64,000 bases of DNA from Chrysomallon squamiferum (GCA_012295275.1 CM022679.1:21886001-21950000), one strand, 5' to 3'; positions 44,612 to 59,238 are shown, numbered from the stretch's first letter. A program made the numbers and translations. The notes: generated by a model from the sequence alone, not told the origin.

Positions 44612-45769
44612 TTTCATACAGGTTCACACAGAGACACACATACATGCATTCATTCATGCATGCATAAACACTTACCATAATTTTATTTTATCTATACAGT
44701 TTGATTAATCATTCGTTCACTACCAGTAGCAGAAGTAATAGCAGTCGTAGTAGTAGAAACAGTATTAGCATTAGTAACAGTCGTAGCAGTAGTGTATTAT
44801 TATGATTATTATGATTATTATCATCATCATCATCATCACTAACACTATTACTATTACTAGTGCTGCTACTACTATTACTCTACTGATATTATCACCACAA
44901 TGACTACTACTACTACAAAATCTCGATGTGTTTGGACATCGTACATTATTCTATTCATTCATTGTCAAAAACTATCAGACCTAACTAACGGTTTTGTTAC
45001 GAAAAGACTTCGAGGTCACCGGAAACATCCCCTCACCAAAGAAGACTGTGGATCCGCCTCTGAGTTTCCATTGTGCCATACAATTACTGTGAATTATACA
45101 CAAGTCAAAGTGCACGCAGAGGTGAAACATGAATGCATTTAATAACGACAGCTTAATAACGCGATCTCTTAGTGAAACCCAATACTGTCAGGCGAGGAAA
45201 ATAATAATATATTTTTTAATAATTATATTATATATATATATATATATAACCAGAAATTTAAATATTTTTTAAATAATTTCTCATTAACAGCATCATATTT
45301 TTGTTGTGTTTGTTCCTTTAACGAGAACAGATCCAATCGTATTAAACTGATATTATTCCATTTATAATAATGCTTGACAGATTTCACAGGTCGCTTTTCT
45401 GGAAATACACCGCCAGATTTTTTTTTTTTTTTTATTAAATTCCTCCAAACCAGATTAATAAAAATGATTTGCAATAATTTACGTGCAGAGATAATACATT
45501 AATATCGGGCGCCAGTTTGTAATATTGCCGTGAAGACGCGTCATGTGTTATGTTTATTATTAAAAGAGTATCAAGTTTCTATCTAATTCCTATCGCGAAC
45601 TGAATCGTCGTCGTTTGTTATTAGCTTTGTCAAATGCCAAACGGAAATCTCTTTCAGTGTGAAAGTGATCTTCATACAGAATGATGACGTAGGTGAAACC
45701 GCGGAGACGAGGGGAAATAGTCGATGACCGGTCACGTGTCGTTTTGTTATATATTGTGTAACTAATGTG

Positions 45770-46140
45770 TTATTTTATTTTATATTATATTATATTATAT
45801 TATATTATATTATATTATATTATATATTATATATTATATTATTTTATTTTATTTTATTTTATTTTATTTTAAAGCATAGTATGGCATAGCATAGTATAGC
45901 ACAGTTTAGTATAAAATTAATACAGTGTAGGACAATTTAGTACAATGCTATACCATACAATACAGTATAGGCATATAGGTATAATATAGGTATAGCATAG
46001 TACAGTACAATACAGTACAGTACAGTACAGTACAGTACAGTACAGTACAGTATAATATAATATATATATATATAGTATAGTACAGTATAGTAAAGTATGG
46101 CACAGTAAGTATAACATAGCATAGTACTGTAGCGTAGAAC
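45770..46140. repeat. Pentanucleotide microsatellite complex (TATAT/TTTAT/TACAG/CATAG)
   Basis: In-register 5-mer repeats drifting from ATATT to ATTTT to TACAG/CATAG. Confidence 0.85.
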
Positions 46141-48340
46141 AGCATAGCAGCGCATATTATATTACATGTACATTACTTTATATTATAATTACATTACATA
46201 ACAACACAGAACATTATGTTATATGTTATGAAGTGTTTTATTATTATTATTTATTTCTATTTTTAACTAATGAATAAGTGTTGATATATATCGGCCATTC
46301 TGCGGTTGTGTGTGTGTGTGTGCATTGCAATGCACTTGTCTACCTATATCCTTGCGCGTGTATATGTATGTGTGAGTGTGTGTGTGTGTGTGTTTCATTT
46401 AGCAAGAGTTTCATTCAGCATTATCAATTTTCTAAAATGCTTACATAAGCAAAAATACAGTTATTAAATACTTATTTAAATTAGCCCAATTATATTTATT
46501 TACTTATATATATTTTTTAGTGACAGTAGAGAAATAGTAATAAGTATTTAAATCGAACTAGCCTTTACAAACAATTATTATTTTGTTTTTGTTTCGGTGG
46601 CACCTGTGCATTTGATCGTTACGGGATAGTTTTTGTTAACTCGCGTCTCAAACAGTTCATGCCTGAAACAAGGTTTCGATTAACATGTACCTAGCATTAA
46701 ATAAACTTGTAGCATTTTGATAATTAGAAAAAAACAACAACAGCTTAACAAATAGATTGAAAATTTCAAATGGATGGAAAATGTCCCGAGATAATGTAGC
46801 AAATGTGTAGCATAACGGTTTATTGAAATGCGTACATTTGTAACAAGTCTATTTACTGTATTAATTTTTTCCATTAAAATCTACTATTTTATTAAAAAAA
46901 AAAAAAAAAAACAGAAAGAAAAAAAAAATATATTTTCTGTTTAAAAACTAATTTACAAAGTAATAATTATAATAATAATAATAATAATAATTATAATAAT
47001 AATAATAATAATTTTGATATTTAGTCTTTCATTCTTTATTTTGTTTTTATTTTTATTTATTTATTTAATTCATATAGTACATTCGGTTTGAAAATATGTT
47101 TTTTAATTTGTAAAGCTATTTCGATTTTATAACTGACGTTTCTAGTTTATGCAGCAGACATACTGTCGGTTCAGAATTATAATATTTTATTTGTACAGTA
47201 TATTCGGTCATAAAACTGTCATTCCTTTATTTATATAGTCTAATTGGCTTTTTAATTTATATTCTTACTTCGGGTTTAAACTAAAATTTATATTTTCTGC
47301 TTGAGGAACGTAATTTTCAATTTATACAACATATGTTCAAAATACCCAAGGTTAGAGATGACGAACTTTTATGAAAGACAGCTATATCAACGTCATGAAC
47401 CCATCACCATTGTTTTATGACGTATTATGACGTATAAGTACTACGAAAGAATCCGAGATTGAAAAAAAAAAAACTCAAGCTGTCGTATATGCCACGGTAT
47501 AGGATGTTTCTAAAAAAAATTAGTGTAGACAGTTTAGAATGTGACTCATAGAACGGCAGGATGGAAGAAAAGGAAGAATGAAAAGAACAATGTAAGAAAG
47601 AATAAATGAAAAGAAAAAAGAATGAATGACGGAAAGAAAGAATGAAAGAAAAAGAGTGGAAAGAAAATGATAAAAGAAAAAAAAAAAAAAAAAAAAAATG
47701 AAAGCCACAGCGAGAAAAAAAAAAAAAAAAGTGAATAGAAAAGACGAACAAAAGGGAGAAAATGAAAACGAATAATAAATCTGCTGTTACAGAGATAATG
47801 GAAAAAGGGAAGAACGACATCAAACGAAGATACAGAGAAATTAATTAATAAAGAAAAAGTAAAGAAAAAGAAGGAAAAAAAAATAATAATAATAATAAAA
47901 GAAAAATGAAAATGTAAAAGGACTTTTCAAATAACAAAAAAAAAAAAAAAAAAAATAAAGAACACATCCATAGACTAAAATCATATTTATTTAACATTAG
48001 TTTCTCACAAGATATCATTTTTGTTTTTATATTTTTTCCCGAACAAAACCAGTTAGCAACATTTGGCTACACGTGTTGCAGAAAAAGCCCACGCATAACA
48101 GTTTAATATTAGTGACAGCAAGCAACAGATGTGAAAATTATCTTGAAAACTGTTTGATTTTAATTATAGATAAAACTTTTATCTTGCATGAAACAAAAAA
48201 TAAAATAAAATAAAATAAAATATAAAAAATAGTAATAAAAAAATAAATAACTGTTAAAACGTATCAAATCGGCTTATATTTGATTGTATTTAACAAATCA
48301 TGATTATTTGCTTACATATTTTAATTTTAATTTTAATTTT

Positions 48341-48389
<49 letters not shown>

Positions 48390-50238
48390 GTTAGTTAGTT
48401 AGTTAGTTAGTTAGAAAATAATTTTCAAGACGAATTAGAAACTTCTTACAGTCATAAAATACGTAAACTCGTGGGACAGCGCACTCATCTAGTTTTCTTC
48501 ACATTTACAATCAAACTCACTTCATTTTGAAAATGAAATCTCTTAGTAACGATGGCGCCCAGTTCTTTACTCGACATCCTGAATGCGCCCTCGCATTCCG
48601 TTATCTCGAGATTGTAATTTTATATAATGCACCATTATCCGGAGAATGGAGTTAGTAATGGAATTATGCCCTTTAAAATGAGGTAACATAAAACAGTTTT
48701 TCAAAAAAAGTACGGTTAAACGGCAGAACAAGTGACTGAAGTAGAATAAAATTGCTATTTTTCAAGTGTACTGGCCGGATAGTTAGTTTAAATTTAAAAA
48801 ATAATAATAATAAAAAAAGACAAAATTCGGAAATTTTCAATCTTGTTTAACATAAACCGAGACAAAATTAAATTTTAGGAATAATCTGAGTTTAACAAAT
48901 AATACAAGAAAGTGAAAGAAGAAATTATATAGAAAAAAAAAAAGAAAGAAAAAAGAAAGTACGGATGAAAAAAAATTATGTAATCAAAATAAAAAAAAGC
49001 TATGAATTTTTAAAGAAAGAAATAGATAAATGTTCAGTGAGATAAAAAAATAATAATAAAATTAATCAGAAAATTAAATAAATAAAAACGAAAGGACGAG
49101 AAACAGAAAGGGCAATCAGAAAACAAATAAGAGAAAATCAACAGGCCTTTAAAACTTTCATGTCCACTTTTTTTGTAAAATAAATAAATAAATAAAAACG
49201 TCAGAACAAGGAAATGCACTCAGACTAACTACTCTATTGTTAAAGACGCAGAAAATTAATCCTATCAGTTAAACTTTGATTAGTTTTGCATTAATCGATC
49301 TTATGCATTATTCATATCGATGAGGCCAGACTTGGAAACTTCGCTTCCATTTTTCTTCAAACTATCTTTACAAGATCAGATCAATAAGACAGTGCAGTTT
49401 GGTACACTTTCATCAGACAAGAAAACGTCGATATCGGATTCATAGTCAACTATAAAAGAGATTTACTTTTGGGGACTTTGTGACAAGGGTAGAACGATAT
49501 GCCCTAAGTTGAAAAATCTTTATAAATGTCGTCAAGTTACAGTTTCTGAAGTTTCTCATTTTTGGAAACTTTACGTCCAGTTGCACTGATTATTAATTTC
49601 AGAGAGGGGCGGTTGAGAATATATTGGACTGACAGTTCTGGTACAAATAGAAACTAGTTAAGCAAAATCATATAGCTTTTCTCCTCGAAATAAAACAGAA
49701 TTCCTGGTTTGACCCACGACCGAATTGTTACTACAAGCATATGCTATCTGAATTAGACGTAATGAAAATATCGTGAAAGTTTCAGAATTAGAAGCTAGTC
49801 AGAAATAACTGTTGTATTATATGTAATATATTACTCTTAATTATCCATTTATTTATTTATCTTTATATTTTGTCTTTTTTTTATTTTTTTTTCAGTCTGC
49901 CCGAGATAAATAAAATCACAAATAAAAAAAAAAAAAAAAAAAAGAGACCAACAAGTGACTGCAAACTGACGTTATATGCACGAGATATCTATACGTTAAT
50001 TACAAAATATACACAGCGACTATTGAATTATCTTTACATCTACAGAAAGATTCTCATCAAACACGAAAGTCAGTGTCCATTCAGTTTTTTAAATAACGCT
50101 TAAATACTTCATTATCTGTGGCGTTAAGTATATCCTTCACTGTCATTAACAACATTCAGACAGACAAAATTGGCGTAGAATCCAACAAGAAATGATAATT
50201 ACTGAATTATTATCTCGTCAATGACGCTAGAATGTTTC

Positions 50239-50625
50239 TAAGTATAAAGATTAGAAGCAGGGACTATGCACAATGTATAACATAAGTATAAAGATTGAAA
50301 GGAGGAACGATGCATAATGTATAACATAAGTATACAAATTAAAAGGAGAAATGATGTATAATGTATAACATAAGTATAAAGATTATAAGGAGAAATGACG
50401 TATAATGTATATGGTAAGTATAAAGATTAAAAGGAGAAATGATGCATAATGTACAACATAAGTATAAAGATTAAAAGGAGAAATCACGTATAATGTATAT
50501 GATAAGTATAAAGATTAAAAGGAGAAACTATGCATAATTTACAACATAAGTATAAGATTAATAGCAGAATCGATAACATAATGTATATGATAAGTATAAA
50601 GATTAAACGGAGAAATGATAAACAT
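50239..50625. repeat. 44-bp minisatellite, ~8.7 copies
   Basis: Consensus about taagtataaagattaaaaggagaaatgatgtataatgtataaca, repeated head-to-tail with substitutions. Confidence 0.9.
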
Positions 50626-50800
50626 AAGGTTTGTACTGCACAAAGATTATAGGAAAAAGCAAACCCCGGCTGACCTCTGATAATTAATCCTTTCGATCAC
50701 AAGCAAGGAAACTTTTATTTGCATTTTTCCATAGAATGGAAAATTCACGTGCTCTTGTTTGTGATAAACAATCAGAGCTTTGGCTGGAACGGGATATATG
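50625..50800 (-). mobile_element. Decayed copy of the same SINE, abutting the 44-bp minisatellite
   Basis: Reverse complement of about 50692-50740 is tccattctatggaaaaatgcaaataaaagtttccttgcttgtgatcgaa (core-like). It is preceded on the minus strand by cccgttccagcca, a motif also seen at about 6696 and 32396. Confidence 0.5.
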
Positions 50801-51641
50801 TGCCAGCCTGTGTACTGTGGCAAGCCTGAAGTTTCTGACCCATATTTTGGTAATGGACAAGTTCATAAGTTCTATTGTTCTGTTATAGACGAGTATTTGA
50901 GTTTAAACAACAACAGCAGCAACCACGACACCTTTCTGCATATATTTATAAATAGTAATAATAATAATAATTAATAAATAAATAAATAAATAAAATGAAA
51001 TATATTACTCTTATTATTTTTCTTTCCTTTTATGATTAATTTCTCTAATTGATTTTGTTTTCTCTCATTTGTTTTTCTTTTCACGCTTTCAATTTTCATC
51101 AAATATACTGATCTATTATTATTACTACCATTTCATTATTTGTTTTATACTTTCCCCACTTAATCCATAAATCCATAAAAACAATTAAAAACAAAAGAAA
51201 TGATGAACGTAAGCTTTTATTCGCGGGCAGCGACTGAAACGAACGTCTACGTATGAAAGCAATTAAATTATCATTTTTCTCTTATACTTTGTTTTCTTGT
51301 CGCTTTTACGCTGACGGCGCTTTTCTCGCCAACGTCTTTGCTGTTGCCGTTACGCTGATGACCAAATCGATCATTTATCGATGTTGTTGACATCGTTTAT
51401 GCATTTTCTCTTGATGCTGATGTTGTAGCTGATTTCGTCATTTATTTATTTTTTATTTATTTATTTATTCATTATTATTATCATCATTATTATCATTATG
51501 AGGAAACTATATTTAAAATTATCACCATCATCATCAACATCATCCTAATATGGAAATTACAATTAAAGTCATCATCATAATCATAATCATCACGATGATT
51601 AACATAATTATCGACATCATTAATAATATTTTATTATTATA

Positions 51642-51688
<47 letters not shown>

Positions 51689-51816
51689 TACTATTTTACT
51701 TGTTATTACATGGCCAGTTTACTTCAAATTATCATATCATCATCATAATTGACATCAACATCATTAAATGGAAACTACACTTAAAGTTATCATTATCATC
51801 ATCATCATCATCATCA

Positions 51817-51868
<52 letters not shown>

Positions 51869-52513
51869 CAGTCGTATTCTACTGACGTCAAATTTTCTTC
51901 CTAATTAATTACCATCTTCTCATATTTCGAAAACAAATTTTTAATAACAATAACGATTGCTCTCTTTCTCTCTCTCTTGCTCGCTCTTTGCAACAAGCCT
52001 TGTTAAAATATCATCAGACAAGAAAATCTGTCACATTCAGGGAGTTCTGCATGCGACACGAGAAAATCTATCTACTTCCATATGGTACAACGAAACAAAA
52101 TAACAGACCAACACGCTCATAGCACGTTTTCCCTAACACCAAAACCAGACACCAAGAGAGAGCTCGTGCAGCTAAAACCCGCTTGTCACGTTGAGAAATA
52201 ATTTCAAACAAGACTATATAATATTTAACAATATATAAAAATTGTAAACTCTTAAAAAGAAATGAAAAATTAATATTCCAATCGTTTGTCGTAGATACTG
52301 TAACAAACAGACGGGAACCCAAGATGGCAAGATTTACGATGCAAACATTCTTGTCGTGTTTTCTACCGTAAAAGAATGTCATTTTCTGTGATCACGAGCG
52401 AATGAAAAACGTTATGTTTTAATACACAGCATGTTATGTTATGCGTAAATACACTGTCAAAAAGCAGTTATTGTCTAAAGTAAGCAGTGAGGAAGAAAGG
52501 TTCGAGTACTTAC

Positions 52514-52522
52514 CAAATCCAT
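52514..52522 (-). CDS. SYT17: Synaptotagmin-17-like, probable first coding exon (M-D-L)
   Basis: Minus strand reads cccgaatcATG GAT TTG|gtaagtac: strong start context (A at -3, G at +4) and a consensus GTAAGT donor. Phase 0 matches the phase-0 acceptor at 41067, giving MDL-TQKVFDKV. It sits at the 3' end of a CpG-rich, repeat-free segment. No transcript evidence. Confidence 0.6.
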
Positions 52523-52800
52523 GATTCGGGTTCTGTGGGTTGAGTGTGTGTGTCTACAGAGCAGGAACTAAATGCATCCCCTTCCCTTGGCGTTTTTTCG
52601 TCTTCTGGCCTGAATAGCTGTCCGTGTTGTTCTGATTGATCGATCGACAGACACAAGCGAGTTGTGCGGAGCGCGTCGCCCGGTTTGTACACGTAAACAA
52701 AATCTGCGAGTCGAGCCGAGCAGAAGCGGAAAGAAATACGTCTGCAGATACAATGAGCTGATTGATGATTGGTGGATACGACGAGTGCTGACTGCGTGTG
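52523..52800 (-). promoter_or_regulatory. Probable 5' UTR and core promoter of the SYT17-like gene
   Basis: CpG-rich, repeat-free segment directly upstream of the ATG. CCAAT on the minus strand (attgg 52768-52772) and a forkhead-like GTAAACAA (52693-52700). The TSS cannot be placed from sequence. Confidence 0.45.
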
Positions 52801-53031
52801 GTTTGAGAAAAACAAGAACGATGATTTGTTTAAAAGATATTTTATTTTTTATTTTTTTATTTTTTTTTTTTTTTTTTTTTTTTAAAATAAAAGTTTATTG
52901 GAAATTAAATCTTGGAAATTGATTTTTATAAAGATTTTTTTTTTCTTTCAAAAATTTTGTTTGAAAAATATGTTTTAGTAATGACAGTAGAGTAATACTA
53001 ATAGTGGTTGTAATAGTAGTAGTAACAGAAA

Positions 53032-53070
<39 letters not shown>

Positions 53071-53659
53071 CAGTAATAGTAATGAAAGTAGTAGTTATTT
53101 TTAATGTATTGAGTTAACTTCCAGAAGGCATCCTAACGTTTTTGGTGGTGGTGGGGGTGATGGTTTTTTTTTTTGTTGTTGTTGTTGCTGCTGCTGCTGC
53201 TTTAGTTATTATTATTTTTGTCCGTAATATAAGAATTTTTAGATATATCTAACAAAACTTTTTAAATGTTTTAAAATGTCACGTGACTGCATATTAATAT
53301 CTTCTTTCTTAGATTATCTTATATTATTATTGTCGAGTTCTATTTTAAAAGTACTACATAAAAGAAATGTCACTCTGCTTCTGTCTGTTTGTATGTTTGA
53401 ATGTTTATCTGTCATTTCTTTTTTACTGTTCTCTATTTTATTCATTCTTTTGTGTTATTATTCATTTTTATATTATTATTAGTAGTAGTAGTAGTAGTAG
53501 TACTAGTAGTAGTAGTAGTAGTAGTAGTAGTATTTTGTTTAATTAATATTTATCATTTTCATAGAATAAATTAATTCGTTTTATGAATTCAAAATAAAAT
53601 ACAGATAAATAGATGGACAGATAGACAGATAGCTGATGAATGAATGTACTGTAAAATAC

Positions 53660-53745
<86 letters not shown>

Positions 53746-54039
53746 GCAATGATAATTTATTTTCTACGAGAATGTTTTTGTTGCAGTTTGCCTGTTACGT
53801 ATTTTTTCTGATTTCAGTTCTCGTAAACGTAATATCAACCTTTCACTGTCTGCAGTGAAAATAAGGTTGACGTTTAAACACGGCATCGCACAGCGGGAGA
53901 GAGTTATTTGAAGACGCACGCACTGAGAGATCTGCGTCAAAAACCACCTCACATGCCGACAGTCACACCGCAACTGTGCCTGGCGTTTAATTTTGAAACG
54001 ATGTGACGTGTACTCTGTTTGTCCACTGGCGTACTCTTA

Positions 54040-54340
54040 ACACAGGAGAGCTCGAATCGTTTATAACGAGGCGTTCTTGTTCGCTGGATCGATTCTCCAC
54101 AGAGGATCCATTGGGTCCACTTCACGTTCACACAAAATCTCTAAGAAAAAGTATATTATATTTTTTTCCTTTCTATGGGAAGGTGTATATAAAAGATCAC
54201 TTGGTGCTAACAGAAAAACAACAGCCAGTCATGGGGTTGGCGTGTTTTCGCTCTCCTTATCTGTAGTTTTTAATTGTAAGAATCATGCCTTATAACCGTT
54301 CTTATTACGATGAGTTTGTTGTTAAATAAAGCACTTCTTA
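54040..54340 (+). mobile_element. Decayed tRNA-derived SINE (most complete copy; central core resembles MetaSINE-type domain)
   Basis: Box-B-like ggatcgat (54086-54093), ccattggg, core tatgggaaggtgtatataaaagatcacttggtgctaa, and 3' gttaaataaa. The core matches the 25120-25156 copy at 32/37 positions. The family assignment is from memory of mollusc SINE consensuses. Confidence 0.65.
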
Positions 54341-54935
54341 TATCTCTAACTATCTAACATACTAACACTAACTCTGCACTGAATGAGTATGGATTGTGGA
54401 GACTAAAACACTTGAACTTTGAGTGAATATTTGCAGATTTCTAACAATCCATTAATTGAAAATATTTTGAATATCATTAATGCACTTCTACCATTCGCGA
54501 GAGATTTCGCAATAATGTTAATAATAATAATAATAATAATAATAATTAAAATAATAATAATAATAATAAATCGAGATTGCTGAAATATATCCAAACATCT
54601 TATCGTTTTTGCAGTCATGATTTATAATGACAAGAAATTTTTGTTCAGTTTCTTTTTAATATTTATTTTATTTTTACTTTTTTTGTTCTCATTTTAATTT
54701 TTTTTTTTTTTTAAACTAATCTGTCATTGAGAGGACTCAGAAAGCGACCTTTGAAATCGACATTCGTGAAGATTTCAAAGAGAAAGTTTTTCACGTTTTA
54801 CAGATTTTTATTTAATTAGTAGATCTGTATACAGAGAGAACCTGTTTTTAGAAATGATCAAAGAAAAATGTCAACAAATGAAATAAGCTGTAAAACAAAA
54901 ACAATACATTTTTATTTATTTATTAATTTATTTAG

Positions 54936-54975
<40 letters not shown>

Positions 54976-56002
54976 TAGTAGTATAACACTAGCATAGTTA
55001 GTAATATTAGTAGCAGTATAGTAGTACTAGTAATAGTAGTACTGGTCATAGTAGTGGTAGTAATAGTAGCGTTAATAGTAATAGTATTTTTTATTTTTTA
55101 TTTATTTATTTATTTTTTTATTTACGATTATTTCATTTACCACACATATACCTACACCACATTTAAAACAAAAAAACAACAAAACAAAAACAAACAAAAC
55201 AAAGAATTACACTAAACGCTGGTTCGATGATTATTAACAAAGCATTTACACAAATACATAATATTATCAGTGATGTTTTGTCTTCAGTTTAAAATCTCTT
55301 GTTTGCACTTGGCTTCGCTTATTTTTCCCGCGGGTTCTTTTTAACCCTCCTAACTTGAAGGACAAGACGAATAATCTGGCGGTGGACATGATTAATACTG
55401 TCCAACGCCTTCTCACTGACCAGTGAAGTAGACCTTGGAGACAGCGAGCGGTGCTTTCACAAAATGAGACTTCACCGATTGTGACGTATAAAAATACACA
55501 AGCGTGTAGTAAATCTTTCTGTTGATTTCTTTAAATAAATAAACACGGCTGTTTATAGCGTATTATGTGTGGACAGACGAACGGAATGAATGGATGGATG
55601 GATGGATGGATGGATGGATGGATGGATGGATCGATGGACCAATGTATGAATGGGTCTGCTTTTACATGGGTGTATGGATGTGAGTGCGAGCGTGCCTGCA
55701 TGTGTGCATGTGTGTGTATATACATATACATATATTTTGATATACCACAATTGCATACATCAAAATATATCCTTATAAACACATAGACATATGCACATAC
55801 CTACATCTACACATACATACATAAATATAAATATTTACATTTATATATATATATATTTTTTTTTGTGTATATTTTTGTGTATGCAAGCGTGGTATTGCAG
55901 CTAAATATCGACATATAATTATAGTGGAGGTATTAGTTGTAAAAGTAGTAGTAATAGTAGTAGTAGTACTAGTAGTAGTAGTAGTAATAGTAGTAGTAGT
56001 TA

Positions 56003-56034
<32 letters not shown>

Positions 56035-56551
56035 ATAGCAGGACAATCTTACCACTGTGTTTAAATTCTTAACAGACTGAACAAATAAAAATAAAAATCT
56101 TGATAAAATATTTCCAGCCATTTTAACATTACAAATTTATTAAACGCTCAAACTCGGGACTTCTTTTTTAATTCTGATATCGCCGATCTCCGCTAACCTC
56201 TGATTGGTCAAGATCGATTCCGCCATTAAATGTGCACTTTAATGATTCCCAGACCGTTTGTTGACGTCGACGATGCCTGGTGCGAATTACGACGTCGCGG
56301 TAGCAGCAGTCGTGCTGCTAACGTATTTCATTTCTGATTGGCTGATGTAGTTGGTTTTTTTTCTGGGTTTTTTTGTTGTTTTTTTTGTCAACGGTGCTGT
56401 AGAGTTGACTGTACTTTAGGAAAATGGAAAAGTACAGGACCTGGATAGTAATTATAGGAGTGAATTTTAAAAAAGAATTTTTTTTTTTTTTTTTTCTTCT
56501 TTCAGAATAAATCTCTTAAGGTGGCGAAAATAACGAAGAAGGAGGAAAAAA

Positions 56552-56582
<31 letters not shown>

Positions 56583-56705
56583 CGGTAATGATGATGACGA
56601 TGACGATGATTATTAAAAAAATTATTATTTTAAAATCATTGTTATTTGTTTAATTATGGTCTTCATCATCATCATCGTCATCATCATTGTTATTATTATT
56701 ATTAT

Positions 56706-56740
<35 letters not shown>

Positions 56741-58809
56741 ATGGTGTCGTCATCACCATCAACAGTATGTAAACATTTTAACAGCACGTTTTAATTCCTC
56801 GGACTTGTTTACAATTTTTTTTTTTTTTTTGTTTTTCACAAACACAAATTAGGTCAACACAGTGTTGTTGATTTTTTTTAATTTCGTTATTATTCTTTTC
56901 GCCTAATCTATCTATCTTTTTTTTTTCTTTCATAATCTCTCTCTAAGTACCAACAGACTCAGATAAATCCACAACACAACGCAATAACCGCATGCGGCTT
57001 CAACCTACTGAAGAAAAAAAAAAAATAATAATAATAATAATAATAACAACTCGCAGAACAGTGCGGACTCAATTCTTCTATTGAATATCCAATAATCAAC
57101 GACGTACGTCTTTTATGAGATAAGTAAAACCCATTTCCTATTTTTCTCTCGCTTCTTTGTGCCATCGGCAAAACAAACATGCCCATTACCTGAGATTTCA
57201 AAAGGCGATGACGTCATTGACTCAAACAAACACGTGAGTATTGACTTCGCAAACCAGCGCTGGTATTTCAATAAGTAATTACGATAAACCGCCGGGGTCC
57301 AGTAAATACGGCTATAATCACCGTTTTTGCCCAGAGCAAAGATTTCAGAGAGAGAGAGAGAGAGAGAGAGAAAGAAAGAGAAAGGAAAATAAATAAGAGA
57401 GCTTTTAAATAAAACGAAAAAGAAATTTAAATTAACAGAGAATGCATTGAATGTGAGCTGATGTACTGTTGTTATTTCTTTTTCTTCTTTCTTTCTTTTC
57501 TTTTATTTATTTATTTATTTATTAACTAGCACAAAATTAATGAAGATGGTTTCGTTGTAAGTACATTTTTTTTTTTTTTAATCGCTGTATTTAAAAAAAT
57601 AAATAAAAAAATTGATAATTATAAAAATATATGTTATGGTTGTTATTGGCAGGAACATGTTTGTAAACGTTGAAAACGAATTTCTAGAGGAAATAATTAA
57701 AATAAATGTGCATTTTAAATGTCTGAAGGAAAAAATATGTTCGAAAATGTCATTCGGATATGGTTTTCTTTTTGTGTTTTTATGTATATGTGTGTGTGTG
57801 TGTGCGTTTCGTAAGTAGGTATGTAGGTATATAGATATCACAATGCTTGTTTCCTTCAATGAACTGTTTTATATATTTCGTATTACACATGACATATTGT
57901 CACATTCTTTTGTTGAAGTGCTGACACCTGAAAACTGTGTGATATAACTTAATAACGAAAACTGCAGGTGTGAATCAAATTAATGAACACCTAGTTCGGT
58001 GAACTCCGAATTAGACCTAGTTATACAGCAAAGAGAAAGAGAAAAAAAGAAAGAATAGTAAAAAAGAAAGAGATAGATGGATAGACAGACAGAGAGATAG
58101 AGAGAGACAGACAGGCAGGCAAAGACAGACTGATAGATATACTAACAGACAGACAGACAGATAAAGGAACAGATATGTTTTTTTCTACGTATGGTTAGAT
58201 ACAGACAGTAAACATGTGTACGTTTTGATGTACATCGTCTTTTAGCTGTAAACTTCATTGTCTGTGTATCACTCATTCTGACAAGCATTAGACTTGAGAC
58301 GTGGGCCTACATGAAGCTGATTCTGATGCAAGACGAACAGTTACTGTTCGACAGCGAAAGAAACAATGAAAAAAAAAACCCTATATATTATTATTATCAT
58401 AATTATGATAATAAACCACTCAAAAAAAAAAAAAAAAAAATTAACTCCCTGTCAGAGAGCAAACTTCACGTGGGTTTCTTGCTAGCCCGAAGACGCAACG
58501 CCCACAAATGTTTGACAGGAAGAAAGCAGACGATATGTCCCCCCAAAGCCGGCAGCAGGAAGTTGACCATTAAAAGTGAATTCTGAAAATTGTTTCTGAT
58601 TGCGTCTTCCAGCAGAATTTCCTGAGAGTGGAGAAATCGTGACGCACATCACGAATAATGTCGGTAAAACTATAGTAACTAGCTAAATTTTTATGCCCTC
58701 GTTACGTGAGTTGCATAGATTTCTGTCTCTCTCTGAGTCTTGACACTCGTATTCATTTCTGTGTCAGTGTTTGCCGTGCTGTGGGATAATTGTTTTCTCT
58801 CCTTCCTCC

Positions 58810-58896
<87 letters not shown>

Positions 58897-59207
58897 GCAT
58901 ATGAATGAGAAATGAGTGATCTTTCTCTGGACTCTTTATCCTTGGTGCCGAACTGGATTATCTCCCGTTGTAGCCAGTGTCACATGACTGGGCATGCGCT
59001 TTATTTGGCCAGTTTAAATATTCGTTGCGGTAAAAGTAAAAAAAAAAAAAAAAAAAAAAGCACTCTCCTTGATTAGTAATGTTTGATTAATTATAAACTG
59101 TTCTGTCCTTTTCTGTGACATCTTTATCATGTCATATAAGCATAAATTAAAAATTAGTTAGTTATTAAATAATATATTTTTGGATTATTATTATTTTTAG
59201 TAGTAGT

Positions 59208-59238
<31 letters not shown>

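Noticed and set aside
48473-48483. REST/NRSE half-site ggacagcgc
   Set aside because: Only a right half-site is present, with no adjacent left half. Not significant.
50239-50625. CRISPR-like regular repeat
   Set aside because: Whole units are homologous with no unique spacers, there are no cas genes, and the context is eukaryotic. It is a minisatellite.
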